This document shows positions 20,568 through 30,636 of a stretch of 64,000 nucleotides of DNA, one piece after another; position 1 is the first letter of the stretch; every line of letters begins with the position of its first letter. The translations under genes and the position numbers were made by a program. The notes under the pieces are model-generated. The model saw only the letters and a program-made list of their open reading frames with translations, was not told the origin of the DNA and did not search any database. Location: NCBI GenBank assembly GCA_013694695.1, contig JACDBX010000084.1, positions 840 through 64,839 on the forward strand, given 5' to 3'. The stretch is from Gemmatimonadales bacterium. GTDB lineage: Bacteria > Gemmatimonadota > Gemmatimonadetes > Gemmatimonadales > GWC2-71-9.

Positions 20568-21074
20568 CTACTGGCCGCGCGGGTCGGAGGGATCCCACAG
20601 CGTCGATACGGCGTGGGTCTGGGCCGAGAGCCGCTCGAGGTCGTAGACGAAGCGGTCGCGGGAATACTCGGAGTTCTCGTAGTGCACCCCGACGTGGATC
20701 GCCTCCTCGGGGCAGACCTCCTGGCAGTAACCGCAGAACACGCAGCGGAACTCGTCGATCTCGTAGATCAGCGGGTAGCGGTTGCCGTCCTCGTCCTCAC
20801 CCGGCACCAGCTTGATGCAGTTGGCCGGGCAGACCTGTGGACAGAGCCCGCATGCCACGCACTTGGACCGTCCCTGCTCATCGGTCATCATCCGGTGGGT
20901 GCCGCGCCAGCGCGTGGCGATGCGCCACTCCGATGTGCTCTTCTCCTCCGGGTACTCCATCGTGACCGCGGGCTGCAGCAGGTGCTTGAACGTCAGAGCC
21001 ATTCCCTTGAGGGTCGCTCGGACGTAGGACACCCCTGAGCCCGGTCGCTTCATCACCTTTACGCCGATCGCCAT
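20568..21074 (-). CDS. nuoI: NADH-quinone oxidoreductase subunit I
   Basis: Two 4Fe-4S ferredoxin motifs, [12 protein letters not shown] and [12 protein letters not shown]. Confidence 0.93.
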   Translation of the reverse strand: MAIGVKVMKRPGSGVSYVRATLKGMALTFKHLLQPAVTMEYPEEKSTSEWRIATRWRGTHRMMTDEQGRSKCVACGLCPQVCPANCIKLVPGEDEDGNRYPLIYEIDEFRCVFCGYCQEVCPEEAIHVGVHYENSEYSRDRFVYDLERLSAQTHAVSTLWDPSDPRGQ

Positions 21075-22312
21075 CAGCCCCCCGCTGCGGCGTCAGCCGC
21101 GATTGCGCCGCGCATCCGGCGATCGGAACCGCGGATCACACGGCCCCGGTCGAGCACGAAGAAGACGAGCCACCCCACGATCAGGTTGACCCCGACAAGG
21201 AAGAATGAGAGCGGACGCGGAGCGCCCCAGCCGAGCAGGTGGTCCGCGGCCCAGATCGAACCGGCGATCACCATGATGTACACGAGTGCGAGGGGCAGCA
21301 TCACCTTCCACCCAAGCGCCATGAGCTGGTCATACCGGAACCGAGGCAGCGTCCACCGGATCCACATCACGAAGAAGATCCAGAAGAACATCTTCGAGAA
21401 AAACATCGCGTGGGTCGCGATAGTCTGGAGCGCCCCGCCCTGTTCATCCCAGTCGGTGAACGGAATGTCCCAGCCACCGAAGAAGAGCGTCGCCACCATC
21501 GCGGCGATCGTCACCACGTGCGCGAACTCCGCGATCATGAACATCGAAAACTTCATCGCGCTGTATTCGGAGTGATACCCCGCCACGAGTTCGGCCTCCG
21601 CCTCGGGGAGGTCGAACGGCAGCCGGTTGGTCTCGGCGAATCCCGCCACGAGGAAGACGAAGAACGAGAGGAATAGCGGCCCGATGAACCAGAGGCCGTC
21701 CTGCTGGGCACGCACGATCTCGCTGAATGACACGTTGCCGGTGAGCAACAGAATCGGGATCAACGACAAGCCCATCGCGACCTCGTACGAGATCATCTGG
21801 GCGCTGGCGCGCAGTCCACCCAGAAGCGAGTACTTGCTGTTGGACGACCACCCCGCGAGCGCTATGCCGTAGACACCGAGTGACGAGATCGCGAGGACGA
21901 AGAGAAAACCGATCGGGAGGTCAGCCACCGAGATCGGCAGCGCACCGTGATACGACACCGCACCGATCAATGGCAGGTTCCAGTCGAGGTCGAGCGGCAG
22001 CGGCGCAGCAAGCGGGATCACCGCCAGAAGCATCACCGCGGGCACGAAGGAAAGCACAGGCGCGAGCATGAAGAGCGCACCGGTCGCGCCCGCGGGCCGT
22101 GTCTCCTCCTTGATGAAGTTCTTGATGCCGTCGGCCACGGGCTGCAGCAGGCCGCCCGGGCCGGCGCGATTGGGACCCGGGCGGTTCTGGATCAGGCCCG
22201 CCACCTTGCGCTCCATCAGCGTGATGAGCGCGACGCCGACCAACAGCGCCGTGAAGATGACGATGAGCTTGATCGCGCTGAACAGCAGGAACCCCTTCAT
22301 GTCGGGGGTCAT
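21074..22312 (-). CDS. nuoH: NADH-quinone oxidoreductase subunit H
   Basis: MERKVAGLIQNRPGPNR, NRLPFDLPEAEAELVAGYHSEYS. It carries a C-terminal extension relative to typical NuoH. Confidence 0.92.
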   Translation of the reverse strand: MTPDMKGFLLFSAIKLIVIFTALLVGVALITLMERKVAGLIQNRPGPNRAGPGGLLQPVADGIKNFIKEETRPAGATGALFMLAPVLSFVPAVMLLAVIPLAAPLPLDLDWNLPLIGAVSYHGALPISVADLPIGFLFVLAISSLGVYGIALAGWSSNSKYSLLGGLRASAQMISYEVAMGLSLIPILLLTGNVSFSEIVRAQQDGLWFIGPLFLSFFVFLVAGFAETNRLPFDLPEAEAELVAGYHSEYSAMKFSMFMIAEFAHVVTIAAMVATLFFGGWDIPFTDWDEQGGALQTIATHAMFFSKMFFWIFFVMWIRWTLPRFRYDQLMALGWKVMLPLALVYIMVIAGSIWAADHLLGWGAPRPLSFFLVGVNLIVGWLVFFVLDRGRVIRGSDRRMRGAIAADAAAGG

Positions 22313-23868
22313 CGTGACACCACCGCAGGATCCAGGATGCGCCCGCCGTACCCGAGATCACGATGGGTCAGGCCGCCAAACGCCGGGAGCGCAGCGAACG
22401 CCTCCGAGGTCGTGGTCGGCACCGTCCGTTCGGAGCCGGCGCGCTGCCAGACTCGGGACGCCGCCCACCACGCCGGCCGCGCCATGCCGGGTGCGGTCCG
22501 CGCCGGGAGGTAACGCTGGGCGCGGTAATCGCGATTGACATATACACCCTGCTCCTCCGCCATCATCGTCACCGGGAGGATCAGGTCGGCCCTGGGGAGT
22601 CGGTCATCGGTTGCGGTCGCGAAATGGACCAGGGTTCCCGCGCCCGCGATCGCGGCGGCCTCGGCGTCGTTGAGGTCGACGTCGTGCAGGATGACGAGTC
22701 CGGCGCTGCCCACCCGGGCGATCGCGTCCGCCCAGGCGTCGCGCACCCCCACCATCAGGCCACCGGCCAGGTTCGCCGCGCGCTCGGGTCGGAGCGCCAG
22801 CCCCGGCACTCCCGCGAGTGGTGCCTCGTCACCGATCGGGACCTTCATCGCCGCGATCGTCGAGCGCGCCTCCAGCATGCGCATCAGCCAGCCCAGCGAT
22901 TCGCTCGATGCCCGGCCGCTGGCGAGCACCACCACCGGACCGGTGGTGTCGTGTACCAGGAGATGCAGCCGCGCCACAACGGCATCCCAGTCGGCGGCCA
23001 CCAACCGGTCGCCGTCACGCACCAGCGGCGCCTCGGCCCGATCGCCGTGATTCATCCAGCGATAGTCGAGGCGCCCGGTATCGCACATGAAATGACGATT
23101 CACCTCGAGGTTCGGCCGCGGACGGAGACGAACCACGGCCTCGTCGCGAGTTTCGATGGTGATGTTGCAACCCTGCGTGCATCCCGGGCAGATCGATGCC
23201 GACTTGTCGAGCTCCCACGCGCGCGCACGGTGAAGGAAATCGCGCGACACCAGCGACCCGACCGGGCACAGGTCAACCACATTTCCCGACCACGGGTGGT
23301 CGAGCTGATGGTGCGGGTCGATCGCGATGTAGGCGCGGTCACCGCGCTCGGCCACCGCCAGCACGGGCGCCTCCGCCATCTCCTCCATGAACCGCACACA
23401 TCGGGTGCAGAGGATGCACCGATTCGGGACGTACAGCACGTCCGGACCGAAGTCCTCCACCGGGTTGTAGCGCTTCGCGTACTCGCTGTAGCGGGTGCGT
23501 GCCTGCCCCTCCTGGAAGACGAAGTCCTGCAACTCGCACTCGCCGGCCTGGTCGCAGATCGGGCAGTCGAGCGGGTGATTGATGAGCAGGAACTCAAGGA
23601 CGCCCTCGCGCGCCTTGCGCGCCGCGGGTGCGTGCACCGAGATCACCTGGCCGTCGGCGACCGGCGTCACGCACGCCGGCACCAGCTTCGGCATCTTCTC
23701 GACATGCACCAGGCACATGCGGCACACCGCTGGTGATGACAGCGATGGGTGGTAGCAGTAGTGCGGCACCAGGACACCGGCGTGCTTGGCCGCCTCGATG
23801 ATGGTGATGCCGCGCGGCACCTGCACCACCGCGCCATCGACCGTTACCGAGACCAGTTCGTCGGTCAT
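22309..23868 (-). CDS. nuoG: NADH-quinone oxidoreductase subunit G (short form, ~519 aa)
   Basis: A 2Fe-2S region (CYHPSLSSPAVCRMCLV), HPLDCPICDQAGECELQD, CILCTRCVRF, DLCPVGSL and CPGCTQGCN. I trimmed the start to ATG at 23868, 4 nt after the nuoF stop. Confidence 0.88.
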   Translation of the reverse strand: MTDELVSVTVDGAVVQVPRGITIIEAAKHAGVLVPHYCYHPSLSSPAVCRMCLVHVEKMPKLVPACVTPVADGQVISVHAPAARKAREGVLEFLLINHPLDCPICDQAGECELQDFVFQEGQARTRYSEYAKRYNPVEDFGPDVLYVPNRCILCTRCVRFMEEMAEAPVLAVAERGDRAYIAIDPHHQLDHPWSGNVVDLCPVGSLVSRDFLHRARAWELDKSASICPGCTQGCNITIETRDEAVVRLRPRPNLEVNRHFMCDTGRLDYRWMNHGDRAEAPLVRDGDRLVAADWDAVVARLHLLVHDTTGPVVVLASGRASSESLGWLMRMLEARSTIAAMKVPIGDEAPLAGVPGLALRPERAANLAGGLMVGVRDAWADAIARVGSAGLVILHDVDLNDAEAAAIAGAGTLVHFATATDDRLPRADLILPVTMMAEEQGVYVNRDYRAQRYLPARTAPGMARPAWWAASRVWQRAGSERTVPTTTSEAFAALPAFGGLTHRDLGYGGRILDPAVVSR

Positions 23869-23872
23869 CGCG

Positions 23873-25180
23873 TCACGCCCCGACCGCCACCGGCGCCGCG
23901 GCGCCGGTGAGGTAGGCATCGAAATCGGCACGGAACTTCTGGATGCCGCTCACCACCGGGGTGGCGCACGAATCGCTCAGCACGCAGATCGTCTTCCCCG
24001 TCATGTTGTCGGCCAGGTCCATGAGCAACGCCAGGTCGGATTCCTTTCCCTCGCCGCGGAGGATCCGCTCGAGGATACGAGTCGTCCAGGCCGTGCCCTC
24101 CCGGCAGTTGGTGCACTGCGCGCAGCTCTCGTGGGCGTAGAAGCGCGCCAGCCGCATCACCTGGTAAACCAGGTCGGTCGAGTCATCCATGACGATCATT
24201 CCGCCCGAGCCCAGCAGCGACCCCGCGGCCGCGATGCCCTCGTAGTCGGTGGCGCAACCATCAACCTCTGCGGGCGTCATGATCGGCACCGACGATCCAC
24301 CGGGAATCACCGCCTTGAGGGTCCGTCCCGGGCGCATCCCGCCGCAGAGGTCGAAGATCAGGTCGCGCATCGGGAAGCCGAGAGTGATCTCGTACGTGCC
24401 GGGCCGCTGCACATGGCCGCACACCGAGATCAGCTTGGTGCCGGTGCTCTTGGGGTTGCCGAGGCAGAGCGAACTGTACCACGACGCGCCGCGCGTGATG
24501 ATGTGGGGCACGGCAGCGAGAGTCTCGACATTGTTGATCGTCGTCGGCATCCCGAAGAGGCCCGCGACCGCCGGGAATGGCGGCTTGATCCGGGGGTTTC
24601 CGCGCCGTCCCTCGATCGAGTTCATCATGGCGGTTTCCTCACCGCAGATGTATGCGCCCGCGCCGCGGTGCACCACCATTTCGAGCCGCTTCCCCGACCC
24701 GAACGCGTCGGCGCCAAGCGCGCCGGCGGCATACGCCTCCGCCACCGCGTCCTGCAGGATCCGGTGCGGCTCGGTGTACTCGCCCCGGATGTAGATGTAG
24801 GTCATCTCGGCGCGGATCGCGAGCGCGGCGATGGCGCATCCCTCGATCAGCGCATGCGGAGTCCAGCGGAGGATCTCGCGGTCCTTGAATGTCCCTGGCT
24901 CGGATTCATCGGCGTTGCAGCACAGATAGTGTGGTCGCGAGGTGTCCTTCGGCATGAACGACCACTTGAGCCCGGTCGGGAAACCCGCCCCACCGCGGCC
25001 TCGGAGCCCGGAGGCCTTCACCTCGTCGACGATCGCCTCCGGAGCCATGCCGAGAGCGGTGCGCAGCGCGGCGTAGCCACCGCGTTCACTCCATCCGTCG
25101 AAGGTCCGTGCTGCCGGATCGCCGAAGTGGGTCGAGAGAACGGGCGTTTCGCCGGCGTGAATCGGATGCGGAAACCCCAT
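23873..25180 (-). CDS. nuoF: NADH-quinone oxidoreductase subunit F
   Basis: GLRGRGGAGFPTG, the FMN/NADH site CNADESEPGTFKDR, and ESCAQCTNCREG. Confidence 0.95.
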   Translation of the reverse strand: MGFPHPIHAGETPVLSTHFGDPAARTFDGWSERGGYAALRTALGMAPEAIVDEVKASGLRGRGGAGFPTGLKWSFMPKDTSRPHYLCCNADESEPGTFKDREILRWTPHALIEGCAIAALAIRAEMTYIYIRGEYTEPHRILQDAVAEAYAAGALGADAFGSGKRLEMVVHRGAGAYICGEETAMMNSIEGRRGNPRIKPPFPAVAGLFGMPTTINNVETLAAVPHIITRGASWYSSLCLGNPKSTGTKLISVCGHVQRPGTYEITLGFPMRDLIFDLCGGMRPGRTLKAVIPGGSSVPIMTPAEVDGCATDYEGIAAAGSLLGSGGMIVMDDSTDLVYQVMRLARFYAHESCAQCTNCREGTAWTTRILERILRGEGKESDLALLMDLADNMTGKTICVLSDSCATPVVSGIQKFRADFDAYLTGAAAPVAVGA

Positions 25181-25681
25181 TCAGGGATACCGCGCGAGAA
25201 GGGCCGGTACGAGGTCGGGGGTCACCGACTCGATGAAGTCATCGTCGATCAGCATCGGGGTTGCGAAGCCGCATGCACCCAGGCACTCGACCTCGATCAC
25301 CGTGAAGCGCCCGTCGGGCGACGTCGTGCCCAGTTCGCCGCAGCCGCTCTCGGCGAGCACCGCAGCGACCACGTCCTCGGCACCGCAGATGTTGCAGGGC
25401 GAGGTGGTGCACACCTGGATGAAGTGACGGCCGACGGGATGCTGGTGATACATGGTGTAGAAGGTGAGCACCCCGCGCACGTAGGCCGGCGTGAGGTCGA
25501 GCACGGCAGCCACTTCGTGCACCGACGAGTCACTGATCCAGCCGCGCTCCTCCTGCACCATCCAGAGCGCGGGGAGGAGCAGTGCCATTCGCGTCGGATA
25601 GCTCTGCTGCAGCGTCTCCAGGCGATCTCGAATCGCGCCCACGAACACCGGCTGGTGTGCCTCGGTCGCTTCGATGCTCAC
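25181..25681 (-). CDS. nuoE: NADH-quinone oxidoreductase subunit E
   Basis: 2Fe-2S thioredoxin-like motifs (VCTTSPC...; ECLGACG). The GTG at 25681 overlaps the nuoD TGA as GTGA. Confidence 0.88.
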   Translation of the reverse strand: MSIEATEAHQPVFVGAIRDRLETLQQSYPTRMALLLPALWMVQEERGWISDSSVHEVAAVLDLTPAYVRGVLTFYTMYHQHPVGRHFIQVCTTSPCNICGAEDVVAAVLAESGCGELGTTSPDGRFTVIEVECLGACGFATPMLIDDDFIESVTPDLVPALLARYP

Positions 25682-26943
25682 CGGTCGATTTCTCCCATCA
25701 CGATGTCCACGCTGGCGTTGATGGCGATCACGTCGGACAGCAGCGCCCCTTCGCAGAGTTGCGGCAGTGCGGCGAGGTTGAGGAACGAGGGCGGACGGAT
25801 GCGCCACCGCACCGGCTTGGCAGAGCCATCGGAGACGAGGTAGTAACCGAGCTCGCCCTTGGGGTTCTCCACGCCGAAGTACACCTCTCCCGCCGGCGGC
25901 CGCACCCCCTCCATCACCTGCTTGAAATGGAAGATCATCGCTTCCATGTCGCTCATCGCTGCTGACTTGCCGGGCAGCACCACCCGGGGATCGGCGACGT
26001 TGATCGGGCCCGGGCGGAGGCGATCGATCGCCTGCTCGAGAATTCGGACCGACTGGAACATCTCCTCGAGCCGGACGATGTAGCGGTCGTAGATGTCGCC
26101 GTGCTCACCCACCGGCACGTCGAAGTCAAACTCGTCGTAGCCGAGGTACGGACGGTCCTTGCGCACGTCGTAGGCAACACCGCTCGCGCGGAGCATCGGC
26201 CCGGACAGCGAGAAGTTGATCGCATCCGCCGCAGAGATCACGCCAACCCCCTGGGTACGCCCGACCCAGATGCCGTTGCGCGAGAACATCGTGTCGACCT
26301 CGCGCAACGTGCGTGGGAACTCGCGCAGGAACTCGCGCAGTCCCTTCTCCCATCCGTCGGGGATGTCGGCCATCAGGCCGCCGACGCGCGTCATGCTGGT
26401 GGTGAGACGCGCGCCGGTCCACGCCTCCTGGAGATTGTACACCCGTTCGCGTTGCTCGAACATCCAGAGGAATGGCGTCATCGCGCCGAGGTCGATGCCC
26501 GTGGTCCCGGCCCACACGAGGTGCGAGATGATCCGCGAGAGTTCGCACGCGATCACCCGGAGCAGGCGGCATCGCTCGGTCACCTCGATGCCGAGCAGTG
26601 CCTCCACCGCCAGCGCGAAGCCGACGTTGTTCGCCATCGGCGAGAGGTAGTCGGTGCGGTCGGTGAGCGGGATGATCTGGTTGTAGTGACGATACTCGCC
26701 GAGCTTCTCGAACCCCGAGTGCAGGTAGCCGATGTGCGGGATCACCCGCTTGACGGTCTCGCCGTCGAGCTCGACGACCAGGCGGAGCACGCCATGCGTG
26801 GCGGGGTGTTGCGGGCCGATGTTCACCAGCATATGCTCGGCGCCAAAATCGTTGTGCACCGATTCGCTCGGGCGACGCTGCACGCCGAGGGGCACCTGCC
26901 GGATCTCGCCGCGGCGGTCCACGCCCGGCGTGCTGAGCTGCAT
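25678..26943 (-). CDS. nuoD: NADH-quinone oxidoreductase subunit D
   Basis: NIGPQHPATHGVLRL and PHIGYLHSGFEK. I trimmed the start to ATG at 26943, downstream of the nuoC stop at 26958. Confidence 0.93.
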   Translation of the reverse strand: MQLSTPGVDRRGEIRQVPLGVQRRPSESVHNDFGAEHMLVNIGPQHPATHGVLRLVVELDGETVKRVIPHIGYLHSGFEKLGEYRHYNQIIPLTDRTDYLSPMANNVGFALAVEALLGIEVTERCRLLRVIACELSRIISHLVWAGTTGIDLGAMTPFLWMFEQRERVYNLQEAWTGARLTTSMTRVGGLMADIPDGWEKGLREFLREFPRTLREVDTMFSRNGIWVGRTQGVGVISAADAINFSLSGPMLRASGVAYDVRKDRPYLGYDEFDFDVPVGEHGDIYDRYIVRLEEMFQSVRILEQAIDRLRPGPINVADPRVVLPGKSAAMSDMEAMIFHFKQVMEGVRPPAGEVYFGVENPKGELGYYLVSDGSAKPVRWRIRPPSFLNLAALPQLCEGALLSDVIAINASVDIVMGEIDR

Positions 26944-26957
26944 CTCGACCAGCCGGC

Positions 26958-27647
26958 TCACCGGACCACCCCGTGCTCGCCGGCGGCGAGTCGCTCCTGC
27001 ATGTCGCGCGGCAGGTCGCCGTACGCCTCCGCGATCGACAGTTCCTCCATCGAGTAGTGTGCCTCGGGGTTCGCGGCCAGCGCCTGCCGGGTCTGCTCGG
27101 CCCGGGAGAATCGACCACGGAGCGGGAACGACTTCCGGAGAGGATGCCCCTCCTGGTAGCCGTCCCACATCAGAATGCGGCGGAGGTCGGGGTGGCCGCG
27201 GAAGACGACACCGAACATGTCGTACGCTTCCCGCTCCAGCCAGTTCGCACCGATCCAGAGGTTCACCACACTTGCCACCTCGAGCGGCCCGTCGCCGTCG
27301 AGCGCGATCTTGACGCGCAGGTCGGCGCTGCGCGTGAGCGAACGAAGCTGGTAGACCACCTCAAATGGCAGCTCCGGATCGCGATACTCGACACAGGTGA
27401 GGTCGGTGAGGTAGTTGAACTGCTGGGATGGGTCATCGCGCAGCCACTCGAGCACCGCGTGCGCGGCGTGGGCTGCGACGTACACCGACGACTGACCGCA
27501 CGACGTCACCACCCGCTCGATCGCCGCGCCGAACCGCTCCCGCATCGGTGCCATGGTGGCGTCGGGCACCACCCCCTGGTACCGGGCGGTGGGTGACTGG
27601 TTGGCGGTACCGGCGAGCCCTGGTCGGTCTGCGTCCTGCGATGTCAC
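26958..27647 (-). CDS. nuoC: NADH-quinone oxidoreductase subunit C
   Basis: [12 protein letters not shown] and [24 protein letters not shown]. Confidence 0.92.
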   Translation of the reverse strand: MTSQDADRPGLAGTANQSPTARYQGVVPDATMAPMRERFGAAIERVVTSCGQSSVYVAAHAAHAVLEWLRDDPSQQFNYLTDLTCVEYRDPELPFEVVYQLRSLTRSADLRVKIALDGDGPLEVASVVNLWIGANWLEREAYDMFGVVFRGHPDLRRILMWDGYQEGHPLRKSFPLRGRFSRAEQTRQALAANPEAHYSMEELSIAEAYGDLPRDMQERLAAGEHGVVR

Positions 27648-28258
27648 GACGACGACCGGGTCTGGTGCACGGAGTTGCCGAATGGCTCGGACACCTCGTC
27701 GATCTGCTCGGGACGGCGGAACAGTCCGTCAGGTCCCGCCAGATGCTCCACGCGCAGCGTCGGATCGAACAGCGACTCGCCCGAGATCTTCTTGTGGAGG
27801 AGCATGATCCCGTAGAGCAGCCCCTCGGGCCGCGGAGGGCAGCCGGGCACGTACACATCGACCGGGATGATCGTGTCGATTCCCTGCACCATTGAATAGT
27901 TGTCGAAGATCCCGCCGGTGGAGGCGCACGCGCCCATCGAGATCGCCCATTTCGGCTGCGGCATCTGGTCCCAGATCCGCCTGATGACCGGCGCGAGCTT
28001 GAAAGGCAGCCGGCCGGCGCAGATCAGGACATCGGCCTGACGGGGCGAGAAGCTCATCCGCTCCATGCCGAACCGCGCGATGTCGAAGCGCGACGCGGCC
28101 GTCGCCATGAACTCGATGGCGCAGCACGCCGTCCCGAACGGCATTGGCCACAGCGAACTGGCCCGGGCCCACCCGGTGAGCGAGTCGAGGCGGGTGGTCA
28201 CCCAGTTGGGCGACATCGATTCGATGGCCTCGTCGTGGTCCGGCGGCGTCAATCCCAC
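27644..28258 (-). CDS. nuoB: NADH-quinone oxidoreductase subunit B
   Basis: [23 protein letters not shown] and PGCPPRPE. It has a ~45-aa C-terminal tail. Confidence 0.93.
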   Translation of the reverse strand: MGLTPPDHDEAIESMSPNWVTTRLDSLTGWARASSLWPMPFGTACCAIEFMATAASRFDIARFGMERMSFSPRQADVLICAGRLPFKLAPVIRRIWDQMPQPKWAISMGACASTGGIFDNYSMVQGIDTIIPVDVYVPGCPPRPEGLLYGIMLLHKKISGESLFDPTLRVEHLAGPDGLFRRPEQIDEVSEPFGNSVHQTRSSS

Positions 28259-28620
28259 TGCAGTGCACCCCGTTTCCAGATGTAGACGTACCCCACACCG
28301 AGGATGCCGACGAAGGTCAGCATCTCGAGCAGCAGCACACCGCTGATCTCGGGAAGCTGCCGGAACGCCACGGCCCAGGGAATCATGTACACGGTCTCGA
28401 TGTCGAAGATGATGAACAGCATCGCAACTAGGTAGAACTTGACCGAAAACCGCTCCCGCGCGTCACCGAGGACGGGCATCCCGGACTCATAGGGAGCGCT
28501 CTTGACAGCGGTGGGGCGGTAATTGGAGAAGATCGCGGAAATTCCGAGAATCAGGACGGCGTTGGCTGCCGCGAAGACCAGCAGCATGAGCACCGGGATA
28601 TAGGGCTGCAGCACGGGCAC
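28249..28620 (-). CDS. nuoA: NADH-quinone oxidoreductase subunit A
   Basis: A 123-aa 3-TM protein with the YESGMP motif. Start codon is GTG, preceded by GAGGAGG. Confidence 0.9.
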   Translation of the reverse strand: MPVLQPYIPVLMLLVFAAANAVLILGISAIFSNYRPTAVKSAPYESGMPVLGDARERFSVKFYLVAMLFIIFDIETVYMIPWAVAFRQLPEISGVLLLEMLTFVGILGVGYVYIWKRGALQWD

Positions 28621-28628
28621 CCCTCCTC

Positions 28629-28642
28629 GTGAAATATTTCAC
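28629..28642. promoter_or_regulatory. Perfect 14-bp palindrome GTGAAATATTTCAC (CRP/FNR-type TGTGA-N6-TCAC on the nuo strand) directly upstream of the nuoA RBS
   Basis: Read directly at 28629-28642; the sequence is its own reverse complement. It is AT-rich within a GC-rich genome and lies between the putative nuo promoter and the Shine-Dalgarno. Confidence 0.55.
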
Positions 28643-28652
28643 AACCTCCGTA

Positions 28653-28681
28653 AACGTACCGACGCAGGGGGGTGAATTCAA
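28653..28681 (-). promoter_or_regulatory. Putative sigma70-type promoter of the nuo operon (TTGAAT-N17-TACGTT)
   Basis: On the minus strand, TTGAAT lies at 28681-28676 and TACGTT at 28658-28653. This is pattern match only. Confidence 0.3.
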
Positions 28682-28826
28682 CTCGCTGGCCGCGCCACGG
28701 CGACGGGGATAACCATTGCTGCCGAGCCAACTTGGGGCCCGGCCCCGCCCCGTGCGCGGCGCCCGGGGGCGCCGGTATATTGGGGCCCGTTCGCCCCACC
28801 GCTACACCTCGTCCCGGGAAGGTCGC

Positions 28827-29387
28827 ATGTCGATCAAGTCCGACCGCTGGATTCGCCGCATGGCCACCGAGCACGGCATGATTGAGCCATTCGTCGATGG
28901 CCAGGTGCGGGATGGCGCGATCTCGTACGGGGTCTCCTCGTACGGCTACGACATGCGGGTGGCCGACGAATTCCAGATCTTCACCAACGTGCTGTCGGCG
29001 GTGGTCGATCCCAAGAAGTTCGACAATCGCAGCCTGGTCGCGTTCCAGGGTGACGTGTGCATCGTCCCCCCCAATTCGTTCGCCCTCGCCCGTTCAGTCG
29101 AGTACTTCCGGATCCCCCGCAACGTCCTCACCATCTGTGTCGGCAAGTCGACCTACGCCCGGTGCGGCATCATCACCAACGTGACGCCGTTCGAGCCCGA
29201 GTGGGAGGGCCACGTGACGCTGGAGATCAGCAACACGACGCCGCTCCCCGCGCGCATCTACGCCAACGAGGGAATCTGCCAGGTGTTGTTTTTCGAGGCG
29301 GACGACGACGACAACTGCGAGGTGAGCTACGCGGACAAGAAGGGGAAGTACCAGAAACAGCGGGGGGTGACGTTGCCAAGGCTATAG
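28827..29387 (+). CDS. dcd: dCTP deaminase
   Basis: [13 protein letters not shown]...[29 protein letters not shown] and [12 protein letters not shown] at 28827 has GGAAGG upstream; the ORF-track start 28716 adds 37 unlikely residues. Confidence 0.93.
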   Translation: MSIKSDRWIRRMATEHGMIEPFVDGQVRDGAISYGVSSYGYDMRVADEFQIFTNVLSAVVDPKKFDNRSLVAFQGDVCIVPPNSFALARSVEYFRIPRNVLTICVGKSTYARCGIITNVTPFEPEWEGHVTLEISNTTPLPARIYANEGICQVLFFEADDDDNCEVSYADKKGKYQKQRGVTLPRL

Positions 29388-29394
29388 GGCAAAG

Positions 29395-30495
29395 TTACTG
29401 AAAGGCCAGGTTCCGTTCGAAATCTGCGGGGCTCGTCGCGGCGCCGCGCGCCACCTCCATCGTGAGCTGATCCGACGTATACAGCTCCATCAGGTGCTGG
29501 TCGAAGGTCTGCATGCCGTATTGCGCTCGGCCCTCGGCGATGTGATCGCGGATCTCGACTGACCGTTCGGAGTTCGCGATGCAGTCGGCGATCGTGGCCG
29601 TATTCCGCATCACCTCGACCGCCACGACCCGTCCCGAACCATCCTTCCGGGGCAACAGGCGCTGCGAGATCACCGCGCGCAGCGACTCCGCCAGGCGAAG
29701 GCGGGTTCCCGCCTGCTCCGCGGCGTCAAACACCGAGATCAGCCGCGCAATGGTGCGCTGGGCGTCGGTGGTGTGGACAGTGCTGAATACCAGGTGACCG
29801 GTTTCGGCCGCCTTCAGCGCGATGTCGATCGTGGCCCGGTCGCGCATCTCGCCCACGAGGATGATGTCCGGATCCTGCCGCAGCGCGGCGCGCAACGCCG
29901 CATCGAACGATTCGGTGTCGCCCCCGATCTCCCGCTGGATGACATTGGACTTCATGTCGCGGTGCAGGAACTCGATCGGATCCTCGATGGTGATGATCTT
30001 CCCGGCCTTCTGCGCGTTGATGTAACCGACAAGCGCCGCGAGGGTCGAGGACTTTCCCGATCCCGTGGTACCGGTGAGGAGCACCAACCCACGCTCCTCC
30101 ATCGCGATCTCCTGCATGACATCTGGGAGCCCGAGTGCGGAGAACGACGGGATCTGGTCGGCGATGCTGCGGAGCACTGCTGAGAGCGACCCACGCTGGC
30201 TGCAAAGATTCACCCGGAAGCGGCCCACCGAAGGCACCGAGTATGAGCAGTCGAAATCCTTGAGGGTGCGCACCGCGTCGACGGCTGCGTCGACGGTGAT
30301 CCGCCGCGCCGAGGCAACGATGAGCGCCGCGATCTCGTTCGTCTCGGCGGGGGTCAACGGCTCAACCCCGGCCACGGGTGTCATCCGACCGCGGATACGC
30401 AGCCGAAACGGACCACCGGCCGACACGTGCACGTCGGAGGCGCCGACCTCAAGGGCCTTTTTCAGCACCGAGTTGAAAATCGCGACGTTGCTCAT
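29395..30495 (-). CDS. pilT: Type IV pilus retraction ATPase PilT-family
   Basis: ASDVHV, Walker A GTTGSGKSST, ITIEDPIEF, VGEMRD and GHLVFSTVHT. I trimmed the start to ATG at 30495. Confidence 0.88.
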   Translation of the reverse strand: MSNVAIFNSVLKKALEVGASDVHVSAGGPFRLRIRGRMTPVAGVEPLTPAETNEIAALIVASARRITVDAAVDAVRTLKDFDCSYSVPSVGRFRVNLCSQRGSLSAVLRSIADQIPSFSALGLPDVMQEIAMEERGLVLLTGTTGSGKSSTLAALVGYINAQKAGKIITIEDPIEFLHRDMKSNVIQREIGGDTESFDAALRAALRQDPDIILVGEMRDRATIDIALKAAETGHLVFSTVHTTDAQRTIARLISVFDAAEQAGTRLRLAESLRAVISQRLLPRKDGSGRVVAVEVMRNTATIADCIANSERSVEIRDHIAEGRAQYGMQTFDQHLMELYTSDQLTMEVARGAATSPADFERNLAFQ

Positions 30496-30636
30496 TCGAT
30501 CCCGCCGATCTTCGCAGTTTGCAAGTGGCAAGCCCGACCGGCCGGCGAATCCGGTGGCCGACTGGCCGGGCTGACCGCCGGTGGCCGCGCTCCGTACCCC
30601 ACCTAGCAATGTGCGTACCGCCGGGTCGGTCCGGCG

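Noticed and set aside
23786-25843. 685-aa plus-strand ORF
   Set aside because: It is antisense to nuoF and nuoE and has no motifs. It is a GC-rich shadow frame.
28786-28791. TATATT upstream of dcd as a -10 box
   Set aside because: It is plausible, but no acceptable -35 lies at 16-18 nt spacing (the region is GC-rich), so I did not list it as a feature.
30500-30540. TGGCA and TTGC elements upstream of pilT, considered as a sigma-54 promoter
   Set aside because: Spacing and orientation do not fit TGGCAC-N5-TTGC on the pilT strand.
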